Assembly (NCBI GenBank): GCA_964443135.1
Contig: CAYUBQ010000017.1
Location: 726-64,725, forward strand
Direction: 5' to 3'
DNA: 64,000 bases
Origin: an uncultured Desulfobacterales bacterium
Lineage (GTDB): Bacteria; Desulfobacterota; DSM-4660; Desulfatiglandales; HGW-15
The notes below the pieces were generated by a model. The model did no database searches and had not been told where the DNA came from. It worked only from the letters and a program-made list of their open reading frames with translations. Position numbers and translations under genes: made by a program. Below are positions 36,507-47,878 of the stretch, in pieces (the first letter of the stretch is position 1; each line of letters begins with the position of its first letter).

Positions 36507-37907
36507 ATGCAGAATGCGGTCATGGGAAGCCTGGACGGAGACCTCGAAAACATCGCGTTCGACGTGACGCAGGTGAAGCGGATCCTGAACCGGGCCGGGG
36601 CCAACATCGTCAACTCGGACAACGGCGCCATATTCCTCGAGCTGGAAGGCGACGTCTACTCCGTACCGGTGGGAACGGAAAGGGACGTGAAGCCCTACTT
36701 CATCGTTCTCGACTCCGCCGAGGCCTTCAACGTGTCCGACTATCGCATGCTCTTCGACGTCCGGGATCTTCCCAACGCCCTGGTGATGGGAAAGGACATC
36801 ACGGGTAGGGAGCATCTGTGCCGGTGGCACGGCCTCTCGAGGGTGGCAGGGCCCGGTGCTGCGCCCGCAAACGACGTCTGCCTCGAAAGAATCGAGGAGA
36901 GGCTCGAGGCGCAGGACCTCTCCCAGGCCGACCTGGAAGAGGTCCGGAACATGGTCCGGAACCTCCGCAACGGCCATTTCTTCGAGGCGCTGACCAGTGA
37001 GTTCTCCAGCAAGATCAAGGAGATCGCCCTGGAGCTGATCGACTTCAGGAAGGACATCAAGAAGCGGATCGAGCCCGGCATCGTGGAGATCGCCTCGAAG
37101 GACATCCCCGAGGCGAGCAACCAGCTCGAAGGGATCAACGAGACCCTCGAGCAGAGCACCATGAAGATCATGGACATCAACGACGAGCAGATGGACCTGG
37201 CCAACAACCAGCTGGCGCAGCTCCAGGCCCTGCTTGCCGGGGACGGCGGGGGCGCGCGGGAGACGGCGTGCGAACACGCCGCATCGCTTCTGGAGCAGAT
37301 GACGAGCCTGGTGCCGGACCTCCCCGGCGAGGCTCGCCAGGTGATGGAGTTCGTCATGCCGGGCATGGTGAACGCGCGCGAGCTGGCGGCGGGGCGGGGC
37401 GAGACGGCTTCCATTCTGGAGGCGCTCAACGAGCCCATGGAGACGGTCCGTGAGCTCTGCCGGGACGTCGGGGACGGCGATCCGTGCATTCAGAGACTGA
37501 CCGGGCTTCTCGGCAAGCTCGACGAGGCGCTGGAGGCGTGCGGCGGGGCGGGAGAGACCGACGCTCCCGGACCGGAGGCGCTGGGGAAGGCCCTGGAGGG
37601 CCAGGTGGAGGCGTTGCGGTCCATGGCGGGCCTTTCCCTGAAGATGATGGAGCCGCTCAGCTTTCAGGACCTGGTGGGACAGCGAATCCAAAGTATCGTC
37701 CGGCTCGTCAAGTCCATGGAGCTGAGGATCGAGGACCTCATCATCTCGTTCGGGATCAAGATCCAGAAGCACAAGGAGGACCCGTCCCGGACGTACGAGG
37801 ATCTGTCTCAAGAGGTGGAGCACTACAAGAGCGAGCTCAAGGGCCCCCAGCTCCAGGGCGAAGGGCTCGACCAGGACGGCATCGACGACCTCCTGGCGAG
37901 CCTTTGA
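36507..37907 (+). CDS. cheZ: CheZ-like CheY-P phosphatase with ~250-aa N-terminal extension
   Basis: The catalytic-type motif LSFQDLVGQRIQ and the C-terminal QDGIDDLLASL parallel E. coli CheZ DFQDLTGQ and DDLLDSLGF. RBS AAGGAGGAGG. Confidence 0.7.
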   Translation: MQNAVMGSLDGDLENIAFDVTQVKRILNRAGANIVNSDNGAIFLELEGDVYSVPVGTERDVKPYFIVLDSAEAFNVSDYRMLFDVRDLPNALVMGKDITGREHLCRWHGLSRVAGPGAAPANDVCLERIEERLEAQDLSQADLEEVRNMVRNLRNGHFFEALTSEFSSKIKEIALELIDFRKDIKKRIEPGIVEIASKDIPEASNQLEGINETLEQSTMKIMDINDEQMDLANNQLAQLQALLAGDGGGARETACEHAASLLEQMTSLVPDLPGEARQVMEFVMPGMVNARELAAGRGETASILEALNEPMETVRELCRDVGDGDPCIQRLTGLLGKLDEALEACGGAGETDAPGPEALGKALEGQVEALRSMAGLSLKMMEPLSFQDLVGQRIQSIVRLVKSMELRIEDLIISFGIKIQKHKEDPSRTYEDLSQEVEHYKSELKGPQLQGEGLDQDGIDDLLASL

Positions 37908-37979
37908 CGGTGCGCGGGGCGCCGCTCCGGCGGCGAGGACAACTCGAGCGATACGAACGAACCAAAGGAGGATGGACGG

Positions 37980-38360
37980 ATGGCCATCGACACATCAATG
38001 AAGGTCCTCGTGGTGGACGACTTCGCCACCATGCGGCGGATCGTCAAGGGCGTCCTGAAACAGCTCGGTTTCAGCAACATCGTGGAGGCCGAGGACGGTA
38101 CCGCGGCCCTGGACGTTCTGAAGAAGGAAAAGGTCGGCTTGATCGTCTCCGACTGGAACATGCCCAAGATGACGGGGCTGGACCTGCTCAAGGCCGTCCG
38201 GTCGGACGAAGGCCTCCAGGGGACGCCGTTCATCATGGTGACCGCCGAAGGGCAGAAGGAAAACGTCATCGAGGCCGTCAAGGCCGGGGTCAGCAACTAC
38301 ATCGTGAAGCCCTTTACACCCGAGACCTTCAGCGAAAAGCTCGAGAAGGTCTTCGACTGA
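37980..38360 (+). CDS. cheY: Chemotaxis response regulator CheY
   Basis: KVLVVDDFATMRRI, LIVSDWNMPKMTG, YIVKPFT. Confidence 0.95.
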   Translation: MAIDTSMKVLVVDDFATMRRIVKGVLKQLGFSNIVEAEDGTAALDVLKKEKVGLIVSDWNMPKMTGLDLLKAVRSDEGLQGTPFIMVTAEGQKENVIEAVKAGVSNYIVKPFTPETFSEKLEKVFD

Positions 38361-38475
38361 TCCACCGGACCCCCGGTCCGGCCGGAGGAGACCGGGTCGC
38401 ATCGGGCCTGAACGAACGACGGCTTCACTGTGAGCCTCCGGGTCAACAGCACATCGAGTTCGGGAGAATGAAGAC

Positions 38476-40740
38476 ATGTCGGAGCGGATCGAGCGAATCG
38501 GAGAGCGTCTGGAGGGGATCGCCCTGGAGGCGGTGACCCTGGAGGCGGGAGACATCCCTGCACTGGGGAACCTGATGAACGGGCTCGAGGCGCTGGGGGC
38601 GGATGCAGAGGATCTGAGCGACCCCCGCTTCCAGCAGATCGCCCGTGCGGTCAAAACCTACCTGGAGAGGCTGATCCTTGCGGAGTCCACGGACCTCGGT
38701 CCCCTGGAGGAAGGCGTCACCGTCCTCCAGAGCCTCCAAAGGGACCTGGCCAACGGGTCGACGCCCCAGCTGGAGGTGGGCGGCCTGCTCCAGAAGCTCG
38801 GCGCGGAGGAAGGCCGGGGCGATGCGCCCGCCGGGGACCCAGCCTGTCCGCAGGGGGCTTCCGATGAGGCCGGGGACGATTCCCCCGCGCCCGGAGCCGT
38901 GAGCTCCGAGGGCCTGGAAGAAGCGGCTGAGGCGTCCCTTTCGGCCGCCGACCTTTCGGAGGAGGATCGGCAGATCCTCCAGGACTTCGTGGGAGAGTCC
39001 AAGGAGAACCTGGGGACCATCGAGGTCAACCTGGTCAACCTGGAGCAGGACCCCGGCGACCTGGAGACCGTGAACTCCATCTTCAGGCCCTTTCACACCA
39101 TCAAGGGCGTGAGCGGGTTCCTCGACCTCGAGCAGATCAACCGGCTTTCCCACAGCGCGGAAAACCTCCTGGACAAGGCCCGCAACGGGGACCTCCAGGT
39201 GGGCGAGGGCATCATCGATCTCGTGCTCGAGTCGGTGGACACCTTGAAACGAATGATCGACGGGGTGCAGGAGGGCCTGGACAACAACGGCCCGCTGACG
39301 TCCGGGGTGGACATCGGGCCCCTGGTCCAGAAGCTCGACCTGGTGAACGAGGAGCAGGAGAAGTGGGGCGACAGCCGGGTGGGCGAGATCCTGATGCGAA
39401 AGGGCGCCATCACCCAGGAGGACCTGGACAAAGGCCTCGAGAAGCAGAAGTCCCAGCCGGACCGGAAGCTGGGCGAGATCCTCCTGGAGGAGAAGAAGAC
39501 CGAGTCCAAGGAGGTCATCTCCGCGCTCCGGGACCAGAGGAAGTACGGCAAGGGCCACGTGGACCTCCAGGTGAAGGTGGACACGGTCAAGCTGGACAAC
39601 ATGGTGGATCTGACCGGCGAGCTCGTCATCGCCCAGTCCATGCTGCGGCAGAACCCCTACATCACCAGCAGCAACGACCAGAAGCTCTACCACAACCTGG
39701 GGCAGCTGAACCAGATCACCTCGGGGCTTCAGCGGACCGCCATGTCCATGCGGATGGTCCCCATCAAGAGCACCTTTCAGAAGATGGTGCGGCTGGTTCG
39801 CGATCTCGCCAAGAACTCCCAGAAGGAGGTCGGGCTGGAGATGTCGGGAGAGGACACCGAGATCGACCGGAACGTGGTCGACGAGCTGTACGAACCCATG
39901 GTCCACATGATTCGGAACGCCGTGGACCACGGGCTGGAACCCCCGGACGAGCGGGAGGCCGCCGGCAAGGAGCGCCGGGGCTCCGTTCTGCTGCGCGCAT
40001 TTCACCGCGGCGGCAACATCGTGATCGAGATCGAGGACGACGGGCGGGGATTGAACCGCGAGGCGATCCTCGAGAAGGCCGTGTCCCGCGAGCTGATCCC
40101 GGAGGACCACAATCTCACGGACGCCGAGATCTGCAACCTGATCTTTCACCCGGGCTTCTCCACGGCCAAGCGGGTCACGGACGTCTCCGGCCGCGGCGTG
40201 GGCATGGACGTGGTGAAAAAGGCGATCGAGAAGCTTCGGGGACGTGTGGAGATCAACACGAGGCCGGGACAGGGCTCCACGTTCGTGATCAGTCTGCCCC
40301 TCACCCTGGCCATCATCGAGGGAATGCTGGTGCGCGTCGGCCGGGAGCGCTACATCATTCCCGCGCTGGCCATCCTGGAGTCGTTCCGCCCGTCCAGGGA
40401 GCAGTACTCCACCGTGGAGGGCAAGGGCGAACTGATCCGGACCCGGGGCAGCCTGGTCCCTCTCGTGCGTCTGCACAAGATCTTCGAGGTGGAGAGCGAC
40501 TTCGAGCAGCCCTGGGAGGGGCTGGTGGTGGCCGTGGAGCACGAGGACAAGAAGATGTGCCTCCTGCTGGACGAGCTTCTCGGAAAAGAGGAGGTCGTGA
40601 TCAAGAGCCTCGGGGGCGGGCTCAGGAACATCAAGGGGATCGCGGGAGGGGCCATTCTGGGCGACGGCCGCGTGGGCCTCATTCTCGACATGTCGGGCAT
40701 CTTCGACGTGGCCAGGGGGAACGGTCGTCCGTCCCACTGA
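38476..40740 (+). CDS. cheA: Chemotaxis histidine kinase CheA
   Basis: Hpt FRPFHTIKGVSGF, dimerisation/HATPase HMIRNAVDHG, DDGRGL, GRGVGMDVV, and a C-terminal CheW-like domain. Confidence 0.95.
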   Translation: MSERIERIGERLEGIALEAVTLEAGDIPALGNLMNGLEALGADAEDLSDPRFQQIARAVKTYLERLILAESTDLGPLEEGVTVLQSLQRDLANGSTPQLEVGGLLQKLGAEEGRGDAPAGDPACPQGASDEAGDDSPAPGAVSSEGLEEAAEASLSAADLSEEDRQILQDFVGESKENLGTIEVNLVNLEQDPGDLETVNSIFRPFHTIKGVSGFLDLEQINRLSHSAENLLDKARNGDLQVGEGIIDLVLESVDTLKRMIDGVQEGLDNNGPLTSGVDIGPLVQKLDLVNEEQEKWGDSRVGEILMRKGAITQEDLDKGLEKQKSQPDRKLGEILLEEKKTESKEVISALRDQRKYGKGHVDLQVKVDTVKLDNMVDLTGELVIAQSMLRQNPYITSSNDQKLYHNLGQLNQITSGLQRTAMSMRMVPIKSTFQKMVRLVRDLAKNSQKEVGLEMSGEDTEIDRNVVDELYEPMVHMIRNAVDHGLEPPDEREAAGKERRGSVLLRAFHRGGNIVIEIEDDGRGLNREAILEKAVSRELIPEDHNLTDAEICNLIFHPGFSTAKRVTDVSGRGVGMDVVKKAIEKLRGRVEINTRPGQGSTFVISLPLTLAIIEGMLVRVGRERYIIPALAILESFRPSREQYSTVEGKGELIRTRGSLVPLVRLHKIFEVESDFEQPWEGLVVAVEHEDKKMCLLLDELLGKEEVVIKSLGGGLRNIKGIAGGAILGDGRVGLILDMSGIFDVARGNGRPSH

Positions 40741-40809
40741 AGCCCGGCGCTTCGTCTTCATGAACCTCTTCCCCGTCAGGGGCCGCTGCAAGAGAATGGA
40801 ACGACTGCC

Positions 40810-41289
40810 GTGAAAATCATCGTGGGTGTCGCGGACATGAAGGTGAGCAACGATCCCCAGGCGACGCTCGTCACCTACTCGCTCGGCTCGTGCATCGGGA
40901 TCGCCGTGTACGATCCGGCGGCCCGGGTCGCGGGCATTCTCCACTTCATGCTTCCGGACTCCTCGCTGGATCCGGCCAAGGCCAAGTCAAAACCCTTCAT
41001 GTTCGCCGACACGGGCATCCCGCCCCTGTTCAAGGAGGCCTACCGGCTGGGGGCCAATAAGCAGCGGATGCGGATCGTCGTCGTCGGGGGGGCGCAGGTC
41101 CTGGACCAGCAGGGGTTCTTCAACATCGGGAAGAGGAACCACATGGCCGTGAGAAAGATCTTCTGGAAGAACAAGGCCATGGTGAGCTACGAAGACGTGG
41201 GTGGGAACGTGAATCGAACCGTCAAGCTGGCCGTGAAGGACGGATCCTGTCTGCTGAAGGTGTCCGGGAAGGGGGAGTTCCTGGTATGA
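40810..41289 (+). CDS. cheD: Chemoreceptor glutamine deamidase CheD (copy 2)
   Basis: GTG start. TYSLGSCIGIAVYD..AGILHFMLP and VVGGAQ..NIGKRN. Confidence 0.85.
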   Translation: MKIIVGVADMKVSNDPQATLVTYSLGSCIGIAVYDPAARVAGILHFMLPDSSLDPAKAKSKPFMFADTGIPPLFKEAYRLGANKQRMRIVVVGGAQVLDQQGFFNIGKRNHMAVRKIFWKNKAMVSYEDVGGNVNRTVKLAVKDGSCLLKVSGKGEFLV

Positions 41290-42134
41290 AAAAGGACATC
41301 GGCGACATCCTGGCCCGGATCGACACCCTGAAACCCGTCCCGCAGGTGGCCAACAAGGTCATGGCCGTCTCCAGGGACCCGCAGAGCTCCATGGGCATGC
41401 TCTCCGAGATCATCCAGTACGATCAGGCCCTGACCGCAAACCTGCTGAAGGCCGCCAACTCCGCCTACTTCGGGCTGAGCAAGAAGGTGGACTCCCTCCA
41501 CCAGGCGATCGTCTACCTGGGCATGGACCGGGTGGTGGACCTCGTGCTGCTGGGAGCGAGCGGCGAGAACTTCGGCCAGGCCCAGGAAGGCTACGACCTG
41601 GACAGCGGCGAGCTCTGGCGCTACTCGGTCTCCTCGGCGCTGATCGCGAGGGACCTGGCCGAAAAAAAGAAGATCGACGACACCCATGCCGTCTTCACGG
41701 CGGCCCTGGTCAAGGACATCGGCAAGGTGGTGCTGAGCCAGTACGTGGCCGAGTCGTTCGACAAGATCAACTTCCTCGTGTCCGGGCACGGGTTCAGCTT
41801 TCGGGAGGCCGAGAAAGGCGTCCTGGGGATCGACCACGCCGAGCTGGGGGGTATGATCGCCCAGCGGTGGAAGTTCAGCGAGAAGATGGTCGACATCATC
41901 GAGCACCACCATCTCCCCATGCAGGCCCGGTTCGAGACCGAGGCCGCCATCGTCTACCTCGCAGACACCCTGTGCATGACCATGGGGATCGGCGTGGGCT
42001 CGGACGGGCTGGCCTACCGTTTTCAAAAGGACGCCCTGAACGGGCTGGGTTTCACCGACCGGGACTTCCAGGAGGTGATCGCAGGGTTCGGGGAGCAGAT
42101 CTCCCACGTGGAGGATCTCATCGGTGCAACCTGA
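41286..42134 (+). CDS. HDOD-domain signalling protein
   Basis: LKPVPQVANKVMAVSRDPQSS..IIQYDQALTANLLK and GIDHAELGGMIAQRWKF are typical of HDOD. Confidence 0.8.
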   Translation: MKKDIGDILARIDTLKPVPQVANKVMAVSRDPQSSMGMLSEIIQYDQALTANLLKAANSAYFGLSKKVDSLHQAIVYLGMDRVVDLVLLGASGENFGQAQEGYDLDSGELWRYSVSSALIARDLAEKKKIDDTHAVFTAALVKDIGKVVLSQYVAESFDKINFLVSGHGFSFREAEKGVLGIDHAELGGMIAQRWKFSEKMVDIIEHHHLPMQARFETEAAIVYLADTLCMTMGIGVGSDGLAYRFQKDALNGLGFTDRDFQEVIAGFGEQISHVEDLIGAT

Positions 42135-42557
42135 TCGTCGCCGGCAAAGAAGCACAACGCTGAGGGGTTGAAAAGATGGCCTACAACATTCTGATCGTGG
42201 ACGACTCCCCTCCCATGAGGGCCGTCATCAAGAAGACCGTCAAGGTCTCCGGCTTCAATGTGGGACAGGTCTTCGAGGCCTCCAACGGCAGGGAGGCGCT
42301 GGACGTCCTGCGGCGGGAGTGGATGGACCTGGTGGTCTCCGACCACAACATGCCGGAGATGAACGGCCTCGAGATGCTCGAGGAGATGAAGAAGGACGAG
42401 CTGCTCCGATCCGTGCCCGTGGTCATGGTCACGACCGAAGGCAGCCGTGAGCGGGTCGAGACGTTCCGCAGCATGGGGATCGCCGACTACATCAAGAAGC
42501 CGTTCACCCCCGAGGAGATTCGTTCCAAGCTGAACCGCATCATGGGAGAGGAGGAAC

Positions 42558-44152
<1,595 letters not shown>

Positions 44153-44356
44153 TTCCTTCCGGCACCGGTTTCCCCCTCGGCGGAAAAAAGTTCCCCGACC
44201 CCTCCCGAGTCCGGCGGACCCGGACAATGCCCCGGCCGTTTTCCGGAGCCGCCGAGCCGGGAGCCCCCACGGGCGGCCATGAAAAAACCAGTGTAAACGA
44301 AAGGATGCAAGGCTGAGACTGGAAACATCACGCCTTCGGCCCCGTGAACGGGCTCA

Positions 44357-44372
44357 TGGCAGCCATTTTGCA
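44357..44372 (+). promoter_or_regulatory. Sigma-54 promoter
   Basis: TGGCAGCCATTTTGCA, ~57 nt upstream of the ATG at 44429. Confidence 0.55.
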
Positions 44373-44428
44373 TCGACCGGGGGCAGAACGACGCTGGTGA
44401 AAAACCAAGCCTCCAAGGAGATCCGAGC

Positions 44429-44905
44429 ATGAAGATCACCGACACACAGCAGAGCCGGGTTCCGGGCCCGGTCAACGACAAGACCACCCGGCGGGGCGAG
44501 GAGGGCGGGTTTCAGAAGATCATGGAGCAGGCGGCGCAGAAGGATCGCGCCGGCGGTCCCGGTGTGCCGGGTGCGGCCGGCGCGCCCCCACCGGACGGGG
44601 TGCAGATCGTTCCCGGTCTGGAGAAGGCCGACGGTGTGCATCCCGGAGGACCCAAGGAGATGCTCCTGGCGGAAATCCGCGAGACGCTGGACGTGATCGA
44701 TCACTACGCGACCGACCTCGGCGACAGGAACCTGTCCACCGCGGAGATGAGGCCGCTGGTGGAGCATCTGGAAGGGCGGCTCGAGGGTCTTCGGCGGATG
44801 GAAGAGAACGCGGAGCTTCCGGAACCCGTTCGAGACGTGGTCTCCGACCTGGTGATCACGATCGGGACGGAAGTGGCCAAGTTCGGCCGGGGGGACTACG
44901 AGTAG
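44429..44905 (+). CDS. Hypothetical protein (probable flagellar/chemotaxis accessory)
   Basis: 158 aa with AAGGAG RBS. The N-terminus MKITDTQQS resembles that of ORF 55735. Function unknown. Confidence 0.5.
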   Translation: MKITDTQQSRVPGPVNDKTTRRGEEGGFQKIMEQAAQKDRAGGPGVPGAAGAPPPDGVQIVPGLEKADGVHPGGPKEMLLAEIRETLDVIDHYATDLGDRNLSTAEMRPLVEHLEGRLEGLRRMEENAELPEPVRDVVSDLVITIGTEVAKFGRGDYE

Positions 44906-44946
44906 GGCGGGGTTTCCACCCCACCGAGACCCCGCCTCCACCGGGG

Positions 44947-45669
44947 CTACCCCAGCACCAGACGAATCCGGGTGCCCTCCGCTCCCGCTTCCACCCCGGG
45001 CGAAATGCCGGCGCGCGACAGCATCAGGGCGGCATGGGCGGCCGTCATCCGGTCCGCCGAAATCCTTCGCGGTTCTTCCTTCGCGGCCGCCCGACTCAGC
45101 TCCTCGAGGAGCGTCTCGGACAGAAATCCTTTCCCCGCAGTGACCTCGATCAGGACGCCCGACCCGCCGGCCGCGGCCTTCAGGCCGAACAGGGTCATCT
45201 CCCGCCTTTCCAGGTCTTCCATCACGGCATTCAGAAGGCTCCGCAGCCCTTCGGGCACGCTGTCGGGCAAGGTCTTCAGCTCGGGAAGCCCCTCCTCCAG
45301 GTCGACGGTCTTCTCCACGTGGTGCTTGAAGTAGAGGTTGGACTGGAGGAAGGTCACCTCCCGATCGAGAAAGTCGCCCAGGGAGAGGAAGGCCTGGTCC
45401 GCGTCCGGCGCGGCCCTCGAGGCGGCGATTCGAATCAGCCGGTTGATCTGCTCGAACTCCTCCTCCATCCTGGCGATGCGGGTCCTGAGCTCCTCCCGGA
45501 GCTCCTGCACCGACCCCTCCCCCGTTTCCAGGGAGTACCCGATCATGTCCATGTCCATGCCCAGGTTCTGCAGGGGGCCGTTCAGGTTGTGAATCAGCCC
45601 CTGGACCAGCCTGCCGACGGACATCAGCCGGTGGGCTTCGGCGAAGTCGTCTGCAGAGAGCTCGATCAT
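44947..45669 (-). CDS. Histidine-kinase-like protein lacking recognisable G-boxes
   Basis: H-box-like GLIHNLNGPLQNL and N-box-like LRSLLNAVMEDL, but no DxGxG or GxGLG. Start at MIELSADD, overlapping the upstream PilZ stop codon (ATGA). Confidence 0.6.
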   Translation of the reverse strand: MIELSADDFAEAHRLMSVGRLVQGLIHNLNGPLQNLGMDMDMIGYSLETGEGSVQELREELRTRIARMEEEFEQINRLIRIAASRAAPDADQAFLSLGDFLDREVTFLQSNLYFKHHVEKTVDLEEGLPELKTLPDSVPEGLRSLLNAVMEDLERREMTLFGLKAAAGGSGVLIEVTAGKGFLSETLLEELSRAAAKEEPRRISADRMTAAHAALMLSRAGISPGVEAGAEGTRIRLVLG

Positions 45670-46235
45670 GATCCTTCTCCGTCCTGGGAGCCCCGGTCCT
45701 TTCGGATCTCCTGACGCTGCTTCTTGAACACGGCCTGGACGATCGCGTCTCGAAACTCCTCGTCGATGGCCACGATGCCGGCCGCGACCTGGGACCGGTC
45801 CTCCGCTTCCTCCACCCGGACCACCTCGGCAAGGAGCTCCATCCGGTAGTGGAAGCTCTCGGGCACCAGGAGATCCATCCTGAGGAGATCGCCCACCGAG
45901 AGCGGCTCGCCGGTGATGAACTTCAGCCCCGATCCGCTGATCTCGATCACGTCGTCGAGGCACCGCTCCTCCTCGGATCGGTTCACCATCCGGTCGATGA
46001 CGAAATCGAGCTTGTTGTTGACCAGCTGAAGGCACCGGTAGATGCGCTTCTCCTCCGACCCCGGCTCCGCCTGGGAGAGGTACTCGTCAATGGGGCTCAC
46101 CAAACCGCCCTTTTTCAAGAGACTGGACCCCTGTCCCTGCTCCACCAGGTCCTTGGCATCCCGGTCCAGACGCTCCCAGCTCACCGGCAGAACGATTCTC
46201 GCCCGGTAATACTTTCTGCGGTTTCCCGACTCCAT
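45666..46235 (-). CDS. PilZ-domain protein
   Basis: RRKYYR (RxxxR) at the N-terminus and EISGSGL (D/NxSxxG-like) about 100 residues later. Confidence 0.7.
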   Translation of the reverse strand: MESGNRRKYYRARIVLPVSWERLDRDAKDLVEQGQGSSLLKKGGLVSPIDEYLSQAEPGSEEKRIYRCLQLVNNKLDFVIDRMVNRSEEERCLDDVIEISGSGLKFITGEPLSVGDLLRMDLLVPESFHYRMELLAEVVRVEEAEDRSQVAAGIVAIDEEFRDAIVQAVFKKQRQEIRKDRGSQDGEGS

Positions 46236-46361
46236 GGGCCTGCCTCCTGCCCGCTTGATGTTGCACGGGAACGGGTGGGGATCCAGCACCGTCGTATTGG
46301 GTAATGAAGCACAAATGCCGGGCTTTTGCAATCGGTTCGAGCGTTGCGACCGGGTGGGCCT

Positions 46362-47864
46362 TCAGACCCCCAGCACCGGAAGCGCGGCCTCGACCACGCG
46401 GGGGTCGAACTGGGAGCCGCTGTTGTCGCGAAGCTCGCGCAGGCAGACCTCCAGGGACAGGGCGCTTCGGTAGGCCCGGTCCGAGCTCATGGCGTCGAAG
46501 GAGTCGGCCACGGCCAGGATGCGCGCCTGCAGGGAAATCTCCTCGCCCCTCAGGCCGTCCGGGTAGCCCCGCCCGTCCCACCGCTCGTGATGGTTCCGGA
46601 TGATGCAGAGCTCCTGCTCCTCCAGCCCCAGGGGGGCGACGATGTTCACCCCGATGAGGGGATGGGCCCGGATCATGTCGAACTCCTCGTCGGTCAGGCG
46701 GCCCGGCTTGTTCAGGACGTTGTCCTGGATCCCGATCTTGCCGATGTCGTGAAGCGGCCCGCTCGACTTGAGCATCTCGAGCTCCTCGTCGCTGCAGCCC
46801 ATCCGGTCGGCGATGCGGACCGCGTAGTCGGTGACGCGGGTCGAGTGCTGCTGGGTGTAGGCGTCCTTGGCCTCGATGGCGCTGACCAGGGAGAGGAGCG
46901 TGGCGATGAAGCTCTGCTTCAGGTTGTCGTAAAGGGCGATGTTTTCGACGTTCAAGGCGGTCTTCTCGGCCAGAAACCCGAGGACGAACCGGTCCTCCGG
47001 GTCGAAGGGCGCGGACCCGGCCTTGTCCCCCACGATGAGCAGGCCGAAGGGCTCGCTGCGGATCCGGAACGGCACCACGACCAGGCCGGGATGGTGCGTG
47101 ACCCGGTCCAGGGCGATCCCCTTGCCGTTGGGGGTCCCGAAGTGGCGGTGGAGGAACCGGCTGTCGAGGGTGGGCCGCCCGTCCTCGCCGAGGACCAGGC
47201 CCGCCTGGGTCCCGGGGCGCAGGCCGTTCATCCCGTGCTGGGCGAGGACCAGGAACAGCGGGCTCGCGTCGTCGTAGAACAAAAAGCAGGATTTGGAGGC
47301 GCTGCAGGACTCGGCCGCCTTCTGTGCCAGGAACTGGTAGAGGTCCTCGGAGCGGTTGATCTTGGAGAGCGAGTCGATGATGTTGTAGAGGAGCGCCTGG
47401 TGCTTGATCCGCTTTTCCAGCTGCCGGTTGAGCTCCTCCACCTCCTTCTTCTTCTCCAGCTCCTGGTGGAGCTCCCAGTTCCGCTTCATCAGGGAGTGAA
47501 GGCGTTGGATCCGGTTGAGCGTCAGCTTGATGTCCTGGAACCCGAAGGGCTTGACCAGGAAGTCCGACGCCCCGTGGTGCATGGCGTCGATGGCGATCTC
47601 CATGGAAGGGTAGCCGGTCATGATGATCACGTTGACCAGCTTCTGCCAGCCCTGGAGCGTCTTGAGCACGTCCATCCCGGTCATCCCGGGCAGCATGATG
47701 TCCAGGAACACGTAGTCGTAATGCCGCTTTTCGAGCTTGTCGAGGGCGGAACGGCCGTCATTGGCGGAATCCGTGCCCTCGACACCCAGATGCTGGAAGT
47801 AGAGCTGGAGGGTCTCGCAGATCGTGGGCTCGTCGTCCACCACCAGGATGCTCAGGGACTCCAT
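46362..47864 (-). CDS. REC-GAF-HD-GYP response regulator (c-di-GMP phosphodiesterase type)
   Basis: ILVVDDEPTI..FLDIMLPGMTG. HD-GYP core HSTRV..PLHDIGKIGI..HHERWDGRGYPDGL. Start at MESLSI (47864). Confidence 0.85.
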   Translation of the reverse strand: MESLSILVVDDEPTICETLQLYFQHLGVEGTDSANDGRSALDKLEKRHYDYVFLDIMLPGMTGMDVLKTLQGWQKLVNVIIMTGYPSMEIAIDAMHHGASDFLVKPFGFQDIKLTLNRIQRLHSLMKRNWELHQELEKKKEVEELNRQLEKRIKHQALLYNIIDSLSKINRSEDLYQFLAQKAAESCSASKSCFLFYDDASPLFLVLAQHGMNGLRPGTQAGLVLGEDGRPTLDSRFLHRHFGTPNGKGIALDRVTHHPGLVVVPFRIRSEPFGLLIVGDKAGSAPFDPEDRFVLGFLAEKTALNVENIALYDNLKQSFIATLLSLVSAIEAKDAYTQQHSTRVTDYAVRIADRMGCSDEELEMLKSSGPLHDIGKIGIQDNVLNKPGRLTDEEFDMIRAHPLIGVNIVAPLGLEEQELCIIRNHHERWDGRGYPDGLRGEEISLQARILAVADSFDAMSSDRAYRSALSLEVCLRELRDNSGSQFDPRVVEAALPVLGV

Positions 47865-47878
47865 CTCGTCCCCCGGTG

